The notes under the pieces were generated by a model that saw nothing but the letters and a program-made list of their open reading frames with translations, did not search any database and was not told where the DNA came from. A stretch of DNA of 64,000 bases from Candidatus Niyogibacteria bacterium (lineage in GTDB: Bacteria; Patescibacteriota; Minisyncoccia; HO2-45-28): positions 77,466 to 141,465 of the forward strand of contig CP066691.1 in assembly GCA_016432485.1 (NCBI GenBank), given 5' to 3'. Positions 18,863 to 28,433 of this stretch are shown here, piece after piece; the stretch's first letter is position 1; each line of letters opens with the position of its first letter. A program made the position numbers and the translations under genes.

Positions 18863-19642
18863 TTTGTAAAATGTTTTGTCCCGGAAACGAAGGTCAATGT
18901 AATCCACGTTGCCGAATTTTTCTTTCGGAATATTATTTATGAATATGGCCAGATTTTCGCTTGCGCGGTCAAAATCCGTTTCAGCGTCGACTATAATTTT
19001 AAGCCCGTTTTCAGAATAAAGCCAAAATTCCGGCCCGGTCTTAATTTCAATATTTTTTATTGAAAATCCGCGGTCTTCTTCCAGGCGTCGGACGAAAGCA
19101 TTCAAATTTATAAAAATCTGCTCGTCCATTATTCTTGAACCTAATTCAAGAGCGATTTGGCGCTCATCTTTTATTTTTAACAGCAATTCTCCCAAAAAAA
19201 GAGGCGCCTCCTGGAAAATAATTCCTCCGCTGTCTATGTAAAAACATTTTTGACCGCACCAGACCGCCCAATTATCCCTCTCCCCTATTTGTATTTCCAC
19301 GGATCTCTGCCAGATTTTTCTGGATATTTCAATTTGATTTATGGCCGAGAATTGTTTTTTCAAATCCTCGGCGAGATTTTCAGCGCTGAAAAAAATAATG
19401 TTTTCTTTGGGCCACAAAGACAGAAACCCCCTGTTTAAAATTTGATTGACGTAATTTCTGACATCCTCAGCCGAAATTCGTTCGTTGCCGCGAACCTCTA
19501 TTTTTGTTATACGCAATATTTTGTTTTCGGCGTAAACGAAAATGACCAAAACCGTAATGAGCGCCGCGAGAGTAAATGCAAAACGCCTTAAAAAAAGCAG
19601 GCGTTTATGCCGCTTGAATTTGTGCGCTATTTCGTTAGGCAT
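18845..19642 (-). CDS. ftsQ: Cell division protein FtsQ/DivIB
   Basis: One TM helix, POTRA (I..IEVRGNERI), C-terminal YIDLRF. Confidence 0.8.
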   Translation of the reverse strand: MPNEIAHKFKRHKRLLFLRRFAFTLAALITVLVIFVYAENKILRITKIEVRGNERISAEDVRNYVNQILNRGFLSLWPKENIIFFSAENLAEDLKKQFSAINQIEISRKIWQRSVEIQIGERDNWAVWCGQKCFYIDSGGIIFQEAPLFLGELLLKIKDERQIALELGSRIMDEQIFINLNAFVRRLEEDRGFSIKNIEIKTGPEFWLYSENGLKIIVDAETDFDRASENLAIFINNIPKEKFGNVDYIDLRFRDKTFYKSFPVF

Positions 19643-19652
19643 GGATATAAAT

Positions 19653-20924
19653 TTATTCTTTGGGGTTTATTGAATCAAAACCGGTATATTTTTGTAAAAC
19701 TTTCGGCACTGCCACCGATCCGTCTCGGCGCTGATTATTTTCTAAAATAGAAATCAAAATTCTGGGGGTTGCGATGGCGGTGTTGTTGAGCGAATAGCAA
19801 AATTTTGTCTGATTGTTTCCTATTTTATAGCGTATGCCAAGCCGGCGCGTTTGAAAATCATGATAATAGGAAGATGAATGCGATTCGCGATAACGCCGTT
19901 CCGAAGGAATCCAGACCTCGATATCGTAAGTTTTGACATGCGCTCTGCCTATATCGCCTCCGCTAAGAGTAATAACTCGGTAAGGCAGATTTAGAGACTG
20001 GACCATTTCTTCCGCGTTTAAAGTCAATTCTTCGTGGAGTTTCACTGAATCCTGGTGGTCGGCGGCGCTCAAGATAAGCTGTTCTATTTTATAAAATTCG
20101 TGCAGCCGATATACGCCTTTTACGTCTTTGCCGTAAGAGCCGGCCTCTCTCCTGAAACACGGCGAAAAAGCAACATATTTTTTCGGTAATTCTTCTTCAG
20201 ACAGGATTTCGTCTGAATGCATGCCCATCATCGGAATTTCGGCGGTGGCCGAGAGATAAAGTTCGTCCTGCGTTTTATAAACATCTTCCCTAGATTGCGG
20301 AAAATGCCCCGACCCGTAAAAATTTTCTTCTTTTATCAGCGTTGGCGCGAGAATCGGCGTATATCCTTTGTTTCTGATTTTATCCAATACAAAAAGCCAA
20401 ATGGCCTGGGACAGCAAAACCGCTTCATTTTTTAGAAAATAACCTCTGAATCCGGAAACTTTGGTGCCTCTTTCAAGGTCAACCAAATCAAGCTTTTCCA
20501 TAAGGACGAGGTGGTTAAGGGGCTCAAAATCAAAGACTGGAATGTTTCCCCATTTTCGTTCTTCTCTGGCGTCCCTTTCATCAACGCCTTCGGGGACGGA
20601 GGGGTCGGGGATATTCGGGACGTCATACATCAGGCGGCGCCATTCTGAATCCAATTTTTTGAATTCATATTCTTTTTTAGAAAGTAAGTCCTTGAATTCC
20701 CGCAGATTTTTGATTGCCGATTCTTTTTCGCCCTCATCTTCTATGGTTGCTATGTGGTCGGAGGCTTTGTTTTGTTTGGCCCTAAGCTCCTCTGTTTCGG
20801 CCATTACCTTCCGTCTTTCCTCGTCTAAGGTCAGGAATCCGTCAATATCAAATTCAAGACGCTTTTTTCGCGCGGCCTGTTTTATTAAATCCGGGTTTTC
20901 GCGGATAAACTTGATGTCTAACAT
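19653..20924 (-). CDS. serS: Serine--tRNA ligase
   Basis: MLDIKFIREN, TAE, CFRREAG, HEF.K.E, LNNT.IA.PR. Confidence 0.97.
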   Translation of the reverse strand: MLDIKFIRENPDLIKQAARKKRLEFDIDGFLTLDEERRKVMAETEELRAKQNKASDHIATIEDEGEKESAIKNLREFKDLLSKKEYEFKKLDSEWRRLMYDVPNIPDPSVPEGVDERDAREERKWGNIPVFDFEPLNHLVLMEKLDLVDLERGTKVSGFRGYFLKNEAVLLSQAIWLFVLDKIRNKGYTPILAPTLIKEENFYGSGHFPQSREDVYKTQDELYLSATAEIPMMGMHSDEILSEEELPKKYVAFSPCFRREAGSYGKDVKGVYRLHEFYKIEQLILSAADHQDSVKLHEELTLNAEEMVQSLNLPYRVITLSGGDIGRAHVKTYDIEVWIPSERRYRESHSSSYYHDFQTRRLGIRYKIGNNQTKFCYSLNNTAIATPRILISILENNQRRDGSVAVPKVLQKYTGFDSINPKE

Positions 20925-20933
20925 TTATTTAAA

Positions 20934-22085
20934 TTATACCAATTTTTTTAACGCAATTTCCATAGCCGCTTTGCGGGGGCTGATTTTTCTTCTTATGGAC
21001 GTTTTTAAGACCAAATCCACTCCGCCACCTACTTTTTCTTTGACCAATTTAAACATTTTTTCAGCATTGTATCCTTTATATTCGGAATATGAGGATATGA
21101 CCCCGCCGGCATTGGCAATGATATCGGGCACGATTAGAACTCCCCTTCTCCAAAGTTCTTCCTCAATGTTTTCGCGCATGGGAATATTCGCGCCCTCAAC
21201 TATTATTTTGGCTTTTATTGATTTTTTATTTGTGTCGTTGATAACATCCGTAACCGACGCCGGAATTAAAATATCAATTTTTAAAGCGAAAAAACTTTTG
21301 CGTGAAATCGGACGGCCCTTTTCGCATTCTTCAAGCGATTTTCCGCAGAACTTCACTTTTTTAATGTCATTTTCATTGAGTCCCCTATCGTTATATATCG
21401 CGCCGTGCCTGTCGGCTACCGCAATTATGCGGGCTCCCATAGCGCGTAAATGTTTGAAAGCGAAACTGCCTACGTTTCCGAACCCGTCAATCGCGACCGA
21501 AGCGTCTTTTATATTCAGGCCTCTTATTTTTGCGGCAATCCGCGCGGCTTCAGCCACTCCAAATCCCGTGCTGCCCAATTCATGCGGAAGTCCGCCGAGC
21601 TCGGCCGGCTTCCCGGTAGCCGATTTTTTGTCGCGCGCGGCTTCAACGAACCAGCGCATTTCCCTTTCGCCTGTATTTATGTCCGGCCCCGCGATATATT
21701 TTGAAATTAAAAATGGTTTAATCGCCCGAGCGAAGTTTTGAACAAATTTCTTTTTTAACGCTTTTTGCCCTTTTTTGGACAAAGTCCGACTTTGTCCACT
21801 TTGTCCGGATGGAGGCCAAACGATGCCGGCTTTGGCTCCCCCAAACGGCAAACCGGCCAATGCGTTTTTAAAAGTCATGGCGCGCGCGAGCCGAAAGACC
21901 TCTTCTTCCGAAACATCCGGCGTCATTCTTACGCCTCCCTTCCCCGGTCCGAGTTTCGTATTATCTATAACCAAAAATGCCCGCATATTTATTTTCGGGT
22001 CATAAATTTTAACTACATATTCCGGACCGATATTATCTTTCTCTGTTTTCATTTGAAATAATAAGTTTTTTAAATTCTTCGACAT
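20934..22085 (-). CDS. Glu/Leu/Phe/Val dehydrogenase
   Basis: GPGKGG.R, MTFK, GGAK, TGKP..LGG, GFGNVG, EGAN, PD..ANAGGV. Confidence 0.9.
   Translation of the reverse strand: MSKNLKNLLFQMKTEKDNIGPEYVVKIYDPKINMRAFLVIDNTKLGPGKGGVRMTPDVSEEEVFRLARAMTFKNALAGLPFGGAKAGIVWPPSGQSGQSRTLSKKGQKALKKKFVQNFARAIKPFLISKYIAGPDINTGEREMRWFVEAARDKKSATGKPAELGGLPHELGSTGFGVAEAARIAAKIRGLNIKDASVAIDGFGNVGSFAFKHLRAMGARIIAVADRHGAIYNDRGLNENDIKKVKFCGKSLEECEKGRPISRKSFFALKIDILIPASVTDVINDTNKKSIKAKIIVEGANIPMRENIEEELWRRGVLIVPDIIANAGGVISSYSEYKGYNAEKMFKLVKEKVGGGVDLVLKTSIRRKISPRKAAMEIALKKLV
21776..21798. repeat. Perfect palindrome inside the dehydrogenase CDS
   Basis: TGGACAAAGTC-c-GACTTTGTCCA, followed by a partial arm copy CTTTGTCC. 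Confidence 0.75.
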
Positions 22086-22124
22086 TTTTTATTGCTTCAA
22101 ACATGGCCATAAGCGTTTTGACTG

Positions 22125-24554
22125 TTATATTTTATGCCCGCCGAATACGGCGCGGAGCGTTGAAAGAATTTTTCCGGTAAATGACGGGCTCTTTTTTGAG
22201 CGTACACGGAAAAGATAAGACCTCTTGATAATTGGCGCGGGAACGCCGAGTTCTTTGGCGGTTTTTACCGTCCATTCTCCTTCTCCTGTTTGAGCCACCA
22301 CGCCAGACGCTTTTTTTAAGTCCTCTCCATACTTTTTGAATCCTTCCTCCAGCCACCCCGTAAGCCGCGAGGTAATAATGCTGTTTTGGTTGTACACACT
22401 CGCGACATCTTTAAGATGAAACTCAAACGGCGCCTTTTTTAATACTGAAAATCCTTCGGCCAGCGCCTGCATCATTCCGTACTCAATGCCGTTATGAATC
22501 ATTTTTGTAAAATGCCCGGCCCCAATTTTTCCCATATATCCGGAGGTCGTATCCGACATGGCGTCAAAAATCGGTTTGATTTTTTCATATATTTTTTTAT
22601 TTCCTCCCGCCATAATAGCAAATTTCCCAAGCTGAATGGAAGTCGGCCCGCCCGATACGCCAACATCAAGAAAATGAATTCCTTTTGCTCCCAATTTTAT
22701 TCCTCGGCGAACAGAGTCCTTATAGAAAGAGTTTCCTCCGTCAATTATTATATCCCCTTTCTTGAGTATCCGCGCGAGGCCTTCTTTTCCGAAAATGATT
22801 TCGTCTACGGGCTTTCCCGCGGGCCTGCCCGCCGTAGCTTTACTTTGCCCGTCCGAAGTCTTTGACGAAGGCGGGGCGGAGGCGGGAACCATAAGCCATA
22901 TAACGCGCGGAGTGGAAAGTTTCTTAACAAATTCCGGAATAGAATACGCGCCGATAATTCCATTTTTTTCAAGTTTTTTCGTAGTATCGGGAAAGTGGTC
23001 CATGCCGACAACGCGCCATCCTTTGGCTGAAAGTCGTATCGCGAGATTAGCGCCCATTTTCCCCAAACCGATAATACCGATCTCGCTCATGCGCGTTTCC
23101 GCGTTTTTATCCCTGACGCTCTGCGTATTTTGCAAGATTGCCGGCCGAGGAGTGGTCCCGGGCTTATATTTTGCGAGCGAAACGGTATTTTTATCCCACG
23201 CGCTTTCGATCGGATCGATAAATTTCCATAGCGCCGCCACCTCCCCGGGCGCTATAAAAAATGCCCGATTGCCTTCCATGGCTGCGTTGAAAATTTTTGC
23301 GTATTCTTCCACATATTGCGCCTTTTCTTTTTTTTCGTACAAAAAGAAAGAGAAGGCGCGCCTTTCAAGGGTTTGTTCAAAACCGGGTTTTTTCATCCAA
23401 AAGTAAATAATTATTTCATCATTTGGTTCAAGCCGAAAAACTATTTTATTTGGCTCGTGCGGTCCGACCTCGCAAAGATGACAAATAGCCGGATGTTTTA
23501 GCGTGAGCACTATTTCTTTACGCGCCTCGGCCATCCGTTTCCCCGCTTCCATGAATATCGGGATTCCTTTCCATCGAGGATAGCGGAGCTCGGTTTTGAG
23601 CGCAAAATATGTATCGGTGTTTGAGGCGGGACGAACTCCTTTAATATTCTCATAACCCCGATATTGCGCGCGATAGGTATTGTTTCGGACTGTTTCGGTT
23701 GTCCAGGGTGCTAAAGTTTCTAAAATTTTTGCGCGGTTTTGCCGGATAGAGTCCGCCTCTTTATTTTTAGGATATTCCATGGCAAGTACCGCAAGCATGA
23801 TTAAAAGATGATTTTGTCCGACATCGCGCAGCGCCCCGACAGCGTCGTAAAAACTCCCGCGCTCTTCCACGCCGATTGATTCATAAAGGCGAATATCAAT
23901 TCGCTCAATCATCGTATTATCCCACGCATTTTCAAAAAGGTTATTGGAAAATCTGAAATTTTCTATTCCCTGCAATATTTCTTTAAAAAGATAGTGGTCA
24001 ATTCTGTAAATCTGTTCCTCTTTGAAATATGAGGAAAGAAGCGACTGGAGCTTCCTCGCGCTTTCGGAGTCCTTTCCAAAAGGTTTTTCAATAAGCAGGC
24101 GGCTCCAGCCAAGATTTCCTCCGCAAGGAAGGTTTAATTTTACTGAGGCGAGATTCTTAAAAATTATCTCGTAAGATGACGGAGGAACGGCAAGATAAAA
24201 TAATTTATTGGCGCAAACACCCCAAGACGATTCGGCGCCCGCTATTTTTTCAAAAAGAATCCGAAAGGATTTTTTGTCCTCAAAAGTTCCGGCATGATAT
24301 GAAAATGTTTCAAAGAAACGCGAAAAATCTCTCTCTTTTATTGCCGCCCCTCCGCGCTTTATAAGGGTTTTACGGATAAATTTTTTAAATTCTTCGCGGG
24401 AAAGATTTCTTCGCGAAAATCCCATCACGGAAAAGCGGTCCGGAAAACGGCCTTGTCGGAAAAGGTGCCATAAAGAGGGAATAATTTTTTTAGCCGCAAG
24501 ATCGCCGGTCGCGCCGAATATGGTTAATATGGTCGGCGAATTTTTAATTATCAC
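22125..24554 (-). CDS. zwf-gnd: Fused glucose-6-phosphate dehydrogenase / short-type 6-phosphogluconate dehydrogenase
   Basis: N-half GATGDLA, EKPFG, YRIDHYL.KE, DVGQNH; C-half GLGKMG, IDGGNS, GVSGG, KMIHNGIEYG, FGGH; one open frame. Confidence 0.9.
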   Translation of the reverse strand: MIIKNSPTILTIFGATGDLAAKKIIPSLWHLFRQGRFPDRFSVMGFSRRNLSREEFKKFIRKTLIKRGGAAIKERDFSRFFETFSYHAGTFEDKKSFRILFEKIAGAESSWGVCANKLFYLAVPPSSYEIIFKNLASVKLNLPCGGNLGWSRLLIEKPFGKDSESARKLQSLLSSYFKEEQIYRIDHYLFKEILQGIENFRFSNNLFENAWDNTMIERIDIRLYESIGVEERGSFYDAVGALRDVGQNHLLIMLAVLAMEYPKNKEADSIRQNRAKILETLAPWTTETVRNNTYRAQYRGYENIKGVRPASNTDTYFALKTELRYPRWKGIPIFMEAGKRMAEARKEIVLTLKHPAICHLCEVGPHEPNKIVFRLEPNDEIIIYFWMKKPGFEQTLERRAFSFFLYEKKEKAQYVEEYAKIFNAAMEGNRAFFIAPGEVAALWKFIDPIESAWDKNTVSLAKYKPGTTPRPAILQNTQSVRDKNAETRMSEIGIIGLGKMGANLAIRLSAKGWRVVGMDHFPDTTKKLEKNGIIGAYSIPEFVKKLSTPRVIWLMVPASAPPSSKTSDGQSKATAGRPAGKPVDEIIFGKEGLARILKKGDIIIDGGNSFYKDSVRRGIKLGAKGIHFLDVGVSGGPTSIQLGKFAIMAGGNKKIYEKIKPIFDAMSDTTSGYMGKIGAGHFTKMIHNGIEYGMMQALAEGFSVLKKAPFEFHLKDVASVYNQNSIITSRLTGWLEEGFKKYGEDLKKASGVVAQTGEGEWTVKTAKELGVPAPIIKRSYLFRVRSKKSPSFTGKILSTLRAVFGGHKI
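22824..22886 (-). mobile_element. Nested in-frame hairpin mini-element in gnd domain (63 nt)
   Basis: Sense CCCGCCTCCGC[33-nt inner element]TAAAGCTACGGCGGG-CAGG; removal restores WLMVPAGKPVD. Confidence 0.85.
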
Positions 24555-24569
24555 GGTTTATATATTCTC

Positions 24570-25340
24570 CTAGAGATAATCCAATAAACGGTCATAATCT
24601 ATAAATTGAAAAATCTTATAACCGTAAGAAATAAGAAGGCCGATATTGCCAGAAACCAAAAGTATGCCGAGGAAAATAAGAAAGATGCCGCCGATTACGG
24701 AAACGATATTAAGATATTTAGATATATTTTGGACATAACGGGAGGCCGATCCAATGCCTGCGGCAATAAGTAAAAATGGTATCGCGAGTCCCGCCGAGAA
24801 AATAGTAAGCAATAATCCGCCCTGGAGCGCGCTGGTTGAGGTTGAGGCCAATAAGAGCACCGAGCCTAAGATCGGGCCAACGCACGGCGTCCACCCAAAC
24901 GCAAAAGCGCTGCCTAAAATGAACGAGTTGGACGCGCGCCCTCGTTTCAGCAAAGCGGGAGTCTTAATTTGAAATTCGCGCTGTAAAAAAGGCAATTTCA
25001 AAATATTGAGCATAAACAGTCCGAAGATGATAACGAAAATTCCGCCGATTCTTCCAAGCCATAATCTATAAGGAGCAAGAAACCTGGCGCCGACAAAACC
25101 GATGAGCGTTCCCATAACGATAAAAACCGCGCTAAACCCAAGCATAAAGAAAAAGCCGTTGAGAAAAATTTTCCATCGGGCCTGCTTGGCTTTAGCCGGG
25201 TCCTTGAGGTCTTCTAAAGAGGAGCCGCTGATGAAACCCAAATATCCCGGCACCAAAGGAAGGGTGCATGGGGCAAGAAATGTAAGAATGCCGGCAATAA
25301 AAGCCGGAACTATTAACGCGGCAATTGAAAGCTCAAGCAC
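24570..25340 (-). CDS. ccdA: CcdA/DsbD-type membrane electron transporter
   Basis: FLAPCTLPLVP and GWTPCVGP; multiple TM helices. Confidence 0.9.
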   Translation of the reverse strand: MLELSIAALIVPAFIAGILTFLAPCTLPLVPGYLGFISGSSLEDLKDPAKAKQARWKIFLNGFFFMLGFSAVFIVMGTLIGFVGARFLAPYRLWLGRIGGIFVIIFGLFMLNILKLPFLQREFQIKTPALLKRGRASNSFILGSAFAFGWTPCVGPILGSVLLLASTSTSALQGGLLLTIFSAGLAIPFLLIAAGIGSASRYVQNISKYLNIVSVIGGIFLIFLGILLVSGNIGLLISYGYKIFQFIDYDRLLDYL

Positions 25341-25797
25341 GATGGTTTTTATAAAATTTTATAAGCGCTTTACGTTGAACGGGCTCTAAGTGAATCGAGG
25401 GTCTTTGTTTTTTAATAAATTTTTCTGCATTCGCCGGAGACATCCCGCGTGTTTTTATAAGATATGCCGCCATCATAGTGGGCGCTCTGCCGTGGCCGTT
25501 TTTGCAGTGCAGATATATCTTTTGCTTCATAGCGACCAAATTTTTAAGGGTCAAGACGCCGAATTCCAGTTGTTCCTGTTTGGGAGCGGTGTGGTTTTTG
25601 ACGGGAATCCACGCGTAAAAATAAGCCCCGAAAGGAGAATCAATCTTCTCTTCCTCAAGAGAAACATCGGCCATTATGCCCTTTTTCTTAAGTTCCCCGT
25701 TAAAATGCGTCTGACAGCACAAATTCGTGCCGATATAAATTCCGTCGGTGATATAGTTATATTCAAATTTAGGAGCTCCGTGTTTTTCTTTAGACAT
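25333..25797 (-). CDS. Dual-specificity/Cys-dependent phosphatase
   Basis: HCKNGHGR = HCx5R P-loop. Confidence 0.85.
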   Translation of the reverse strand: MSKEKHGAPKFEYNYITDGIYIGTNLCCQTHFNGELKKKGIMADVSLEEEKIDSPFGAYFYAWIPVKNHTAPKQEQLEFGVLTLKNLVAMKQKIYLHCKNGHGRAPTMMAAYLIKTRGMSPANAEKFIKKQRPSIHLEPVQRKALIKFYKNHRA

Positions 25798-25821
25798 ATT
25801 TTTTACACATCTCCCGCTTTT

Positions 25822-26355
25822 TTATTTGTTAATCAGTTCTTCTATTTTACTTTTAATCTCATCCAATTTCATCGGTCCTCTCTTGTGAATAACTATGTTT
25901 TTTTCAGGGTCAACAAATATTGTTTCCGGCATTGAAAATCCGCCGATTGATTTATAAAAAGAATCAGATGGGTCGAGCAAGAAAACCAGCTGGTTGGTGG
26001 TTCCTTGCCGGTCGGTATATCCCTTTGCGACACCCAATGATTCGGCGCGGTCAATAGCGATAATCACGACTTTATCGCCAAACTCCTTTTGTGCTCTTGC
26101 GAAATCAGGAAGCTCTTCGCGGCAAAACGGACACCATGCCGCCCATGAGTTTATAACCAAAGGTTTGCCCGAAAAATCCGTGAGTCGAACGGTATTCCCG
26201 CCGTAATCCTGTAAAGCAAAATCGGGGGCTTTTTCGGATTGAGCCGTTTGAGCCGTTTGTTTTGATTCTTCGGGGGCGTTTTTCGCGCGAATTACAAGCC
26301 ATCCGACGCCCCCCAGAATCAAAAGCCCTATGATTATTGCGAATAATTTATTCAT
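25822..26355 (-). CDS. Membrane-anchored TlpA/ResA-like thioredoxin
   Basis: APDF, WAAWCPFC..E.P; start moved to MNKLFAII. Confidence 0.85.
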   Translation of the reverse strand: MNKLFAIIIGLLILGGVGWLVIRAKNAPEESKQTAQTAQSEKAPDFALQDYGGNTVRLTDFSGKPLVINSWAAWCPFCREELPDFARAQKEFGDKVVIIAIDRAESLGVAKGYTDRQGTTNQLVFLLDPSDSFYKSIGGFSMPETIFVDPEKNIVIHKRGPMKLDEIKSKIEELINK

Positions 26356-26369
26356 TTTTATTATCGCGG

Positions 26370-26531
26370 CTATTTGCAACCGCAGTCGCAATGGCCGCCT
26401 TCGTGGTGTTCGTGGCCGCAATGCTCGCATTTCTTATGCTCCACTGGATGATTGTGTTCTTTATGCTCATCACAAGGGCACTCGCAAGCCATGCATTTTT
26501 CGTGTTTTTCGTCGTGTGTATCTTCGTGCAT
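26370..26531 (-). CDS. His/Cys-rich metallothionein-like peptide (53 aa, absent from ORF track)
   Basis: Hand translation MHEDTHDEKHEKCMACECPCDEHKEHNHPVEHKKCEHCGHEHHEGGHCDCGCK; fills the operon gap in the same orientation. Confidence 0.75.
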   Translation of the reverse strand: MHEDTHDEKHEKCMACECPCDEHKEHNHPVEHKKCEHCGHEHHEGGHCDCGCK

Positions 26532-26577
26532 ATTATTTTTTTTAATTAATTAATGATTTGTTTCGGGCAGCCCGACC

Positions 26578-26835
26578 TTATTTTGTGCCTGCCCATTCCT
26601 TTAATTCTTCATAGGGGGCCTCTCCGCAGATAAAGGCGTCAGAGTCGGTATTAATGAAAAACGGAACGCCGCCGCACCGGCCCTTATCATATTCTTTCAT
26701 CTTTTTTGCGTTTTCTTCGTTATGCCAAACTTCATATTTTTCAACTTTCAAACCGGCTTCTTTTTCCAGCCGCTCCACCAACGGCATCATCTTAATGCAG
26801 TGCGGACACTCTTTTCCGTAAAAATCTATAAGCAT
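26578..26835 (-). CDS. Small thioredoxin/glutaredoxin-fold protein
   Basis: CPHC and cis-Pro GVPF. Confidence 0.8.
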   Translation of the reverse strand: MLIDFYGKECPHCIKMMPLVERLEKEAGLKVEKYEVWHNEENAKKMKEYDKGRCGGVPFFINTDSDAFICGEAPYEELKEWAGTK

Positions 26836-26845
26836 AATTGATTTT

Positions 26846-27880
26846 TTATTTTAATAATTCTGTATCAGGGTGAGCGGCAACCCACGAAAACCAAAATGAG
26901 CCAAATGGGTTGATGCGCAGAAGCGTGCCATCAGTTTTTTTCTCGAAAATCCGCACGGCGTCAATTTCTTTTTCGTACTTCGCAATAATCGTTTTTCCCT
27001 CAAAGCTATCTTCAATTTCACCGACTTTTTTCACCGCCTCCGGCCAATATGCCTTAGCTTTTCCATTTATTACGATGCCGAGAACAAAGTCCTTATCGCT
27101 TAAGCGGTCATCTTTTTTACCAACTGGGAAATAAGTTCCCGGGGTGGTGTAGTAATCGCCGTACGGGTCCTGCCCGTAAAACCGCGTTGTTCCCGTATCT
27201 CGCGAGAGCACTTCTCCTGTCGGGTGGAGCTTCCGCCATTCGCCGAATCGAATCTGGTCTGACTGCAAAACGGCGAGATGCGTTCCGGTTTTTTCTCCGA
27301 CAATCGCTTCGCCCAAAATCTGCGACCACAATGAATCGGTTTTTCGGTCATACATTACCAAGTTTGAATTCCATAATTTACCCGAAGTGCCGAATTCCAC
27401 TCGTTCTCCCTCCACAACGGGGTCAAAAACTATTCCGGACAAGCATAGCGGGCAATAGGTTACAAGAACCCGTTTCCCATTTATGGTGTCATTTACAATC
27501 TCGTGCCAGACCAAAATTTGAAACGGATAAAAACGGCTGACATTGCCCATTTCAAGCGCAAGGCCTGGTTCGGCGTCCGATAACTGCTTCGATGCCTCAC
27601 CAACCGAAATAAATTTGGGATTATCAATGGAAGGAATCCCGTCTTTTGGCGGACCTCCGCCGAGGATAGAGTCCAGAGGAACGCTATGTTTTACGCCGTC
27701 AGTAACCATAATTTCTTTTTCTACTTCACTGCCGTTGTTTTGAATCATAATTATTTCTTTTTTAACCTCTCCACCTTGAGGCAAATTAAAGTCGTTTTTA
27801 AATATAACACGGGACAGAACAAGCGCGGCTACAACCGCAACCCCAACCACTATTATAATTGTAATTACCTTTAAATTCAT
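26846..27880 (-). CDS. DUF3179-like membrane-anchored protein
   Basis: GGPPKDGIPSID, WHEIVND, TYCPLC, FGTSGKL..SNLVMYDR.T.SLWSQ, FWFSW. Confidence 0.85.
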   Translation of the reverse strand: MNLKVITIIIVVGVAVVAALVLSRVIFKNDFNLPQGGEVKKEIIMIQNNGSEVEKEIMVTDGVKHSVPLDSILGGGPPKDGIPSIDNPKFISVGEASKQLSDAEPGLALEMGNVSRFYPFQILVWHEIVNDTINGKRVLVTYCPLCLSGIVFDPVVEGERVEFGTSGKLWNSNLVMYDRKTDSLWSQILGEAIVGEKTGTHLAVLQSDQIRFGEWRKLHPTGEVLSRDTGTTRFYGQDPYGDYYTTPGTYFPVGKKDDRLSDKDFVLGIVINGKAKAYWPEAVKKVGEIEDSFEGKTIIAKYEKEIDAVRIFEKKTDGTLLRINPFGSFWFSWVAAHPDTELLK

Positions 27881-27884
27881 CTTT

Positions 27885-28418
27885 TTATTCAATAAGCGAG
27901 GCAACGTCTGATTCCCGAATGTCTCCGGGGATGGTGCGGACCAGATTACCGTTTATGTCTATCAAGAAATGCGTGTTGGTGTACTGAATGCCGAAAACAT
28001 TTGAGGCCCGGCTGAAAGGGTCAAGCGCTATCGGAAAATTTATTCCGCGAGATTCTATAAAATCCGCGACGGTTGACTCATTTTCGTGCAGATTAACTCC
28101 TATCACTTCCACTTTGTCTTTATATTTTTCATAAAAACGATTTAGATTCGGCATGTCTCTTCGGCAATTCGGGCACCACGAAGCCCAAAAATCAACCACC
28201 ACCGGCTTCTTGCCCCTAAACTCCGATAGCGTTATGGTTCCTCCGCCCAGCTTTTGCAGCTTAAAATCCGGCGCGGAGCTTTCTTGCAAAGCTGTTCCGG
28301 ACGCCCCCGAATGCACCGAGGCGCTTTGTGAGGCGGTATTGCCGCCATATGACCTCCCAAACGCTATCAGGCCGATTGCGGCAATAATCGCGCCTATAAT
28401 TAATATTTTGTTTCTCAT
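27885..28418 (-). CDS. TlpA/ResA-like thioredoxin
   Basis: APDF.L, FWASWCPNC. Confidence 0.85.
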   Translation of the reverse strand: MRNKILIIGAIIAAIGLIAFGRSYGGNTASQSASVHSGASGTALQESSAPDFKLQKLGGGTITLSEFRGKKPVVVDFWASWCPNCRRDMPNLNRFYEKYKDKVEVIGVNLHENESTVADFIESRGINFPIALDPFSRASNVFGIQYTNTHFLIDINGNLVRTIPGDIRESDVASLIE

Positions 28419-28433
28419 TTAGATTTAATAATT

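Noticed and set aside
20461-21741. 426-aa plus-strand ORF
   Set aside because: Antisense shadow of serS and the dehydrogenase; Ser/Phe-rich with no motifs.
26330-26549. Plus-strand hydrophobic 70-71 aa ORFs
   Set aside because: Their composition is the antisense consequence of His/Glu/Cys/Lys codons in the minus-strand peptide; all neighbours are on the minus strand.
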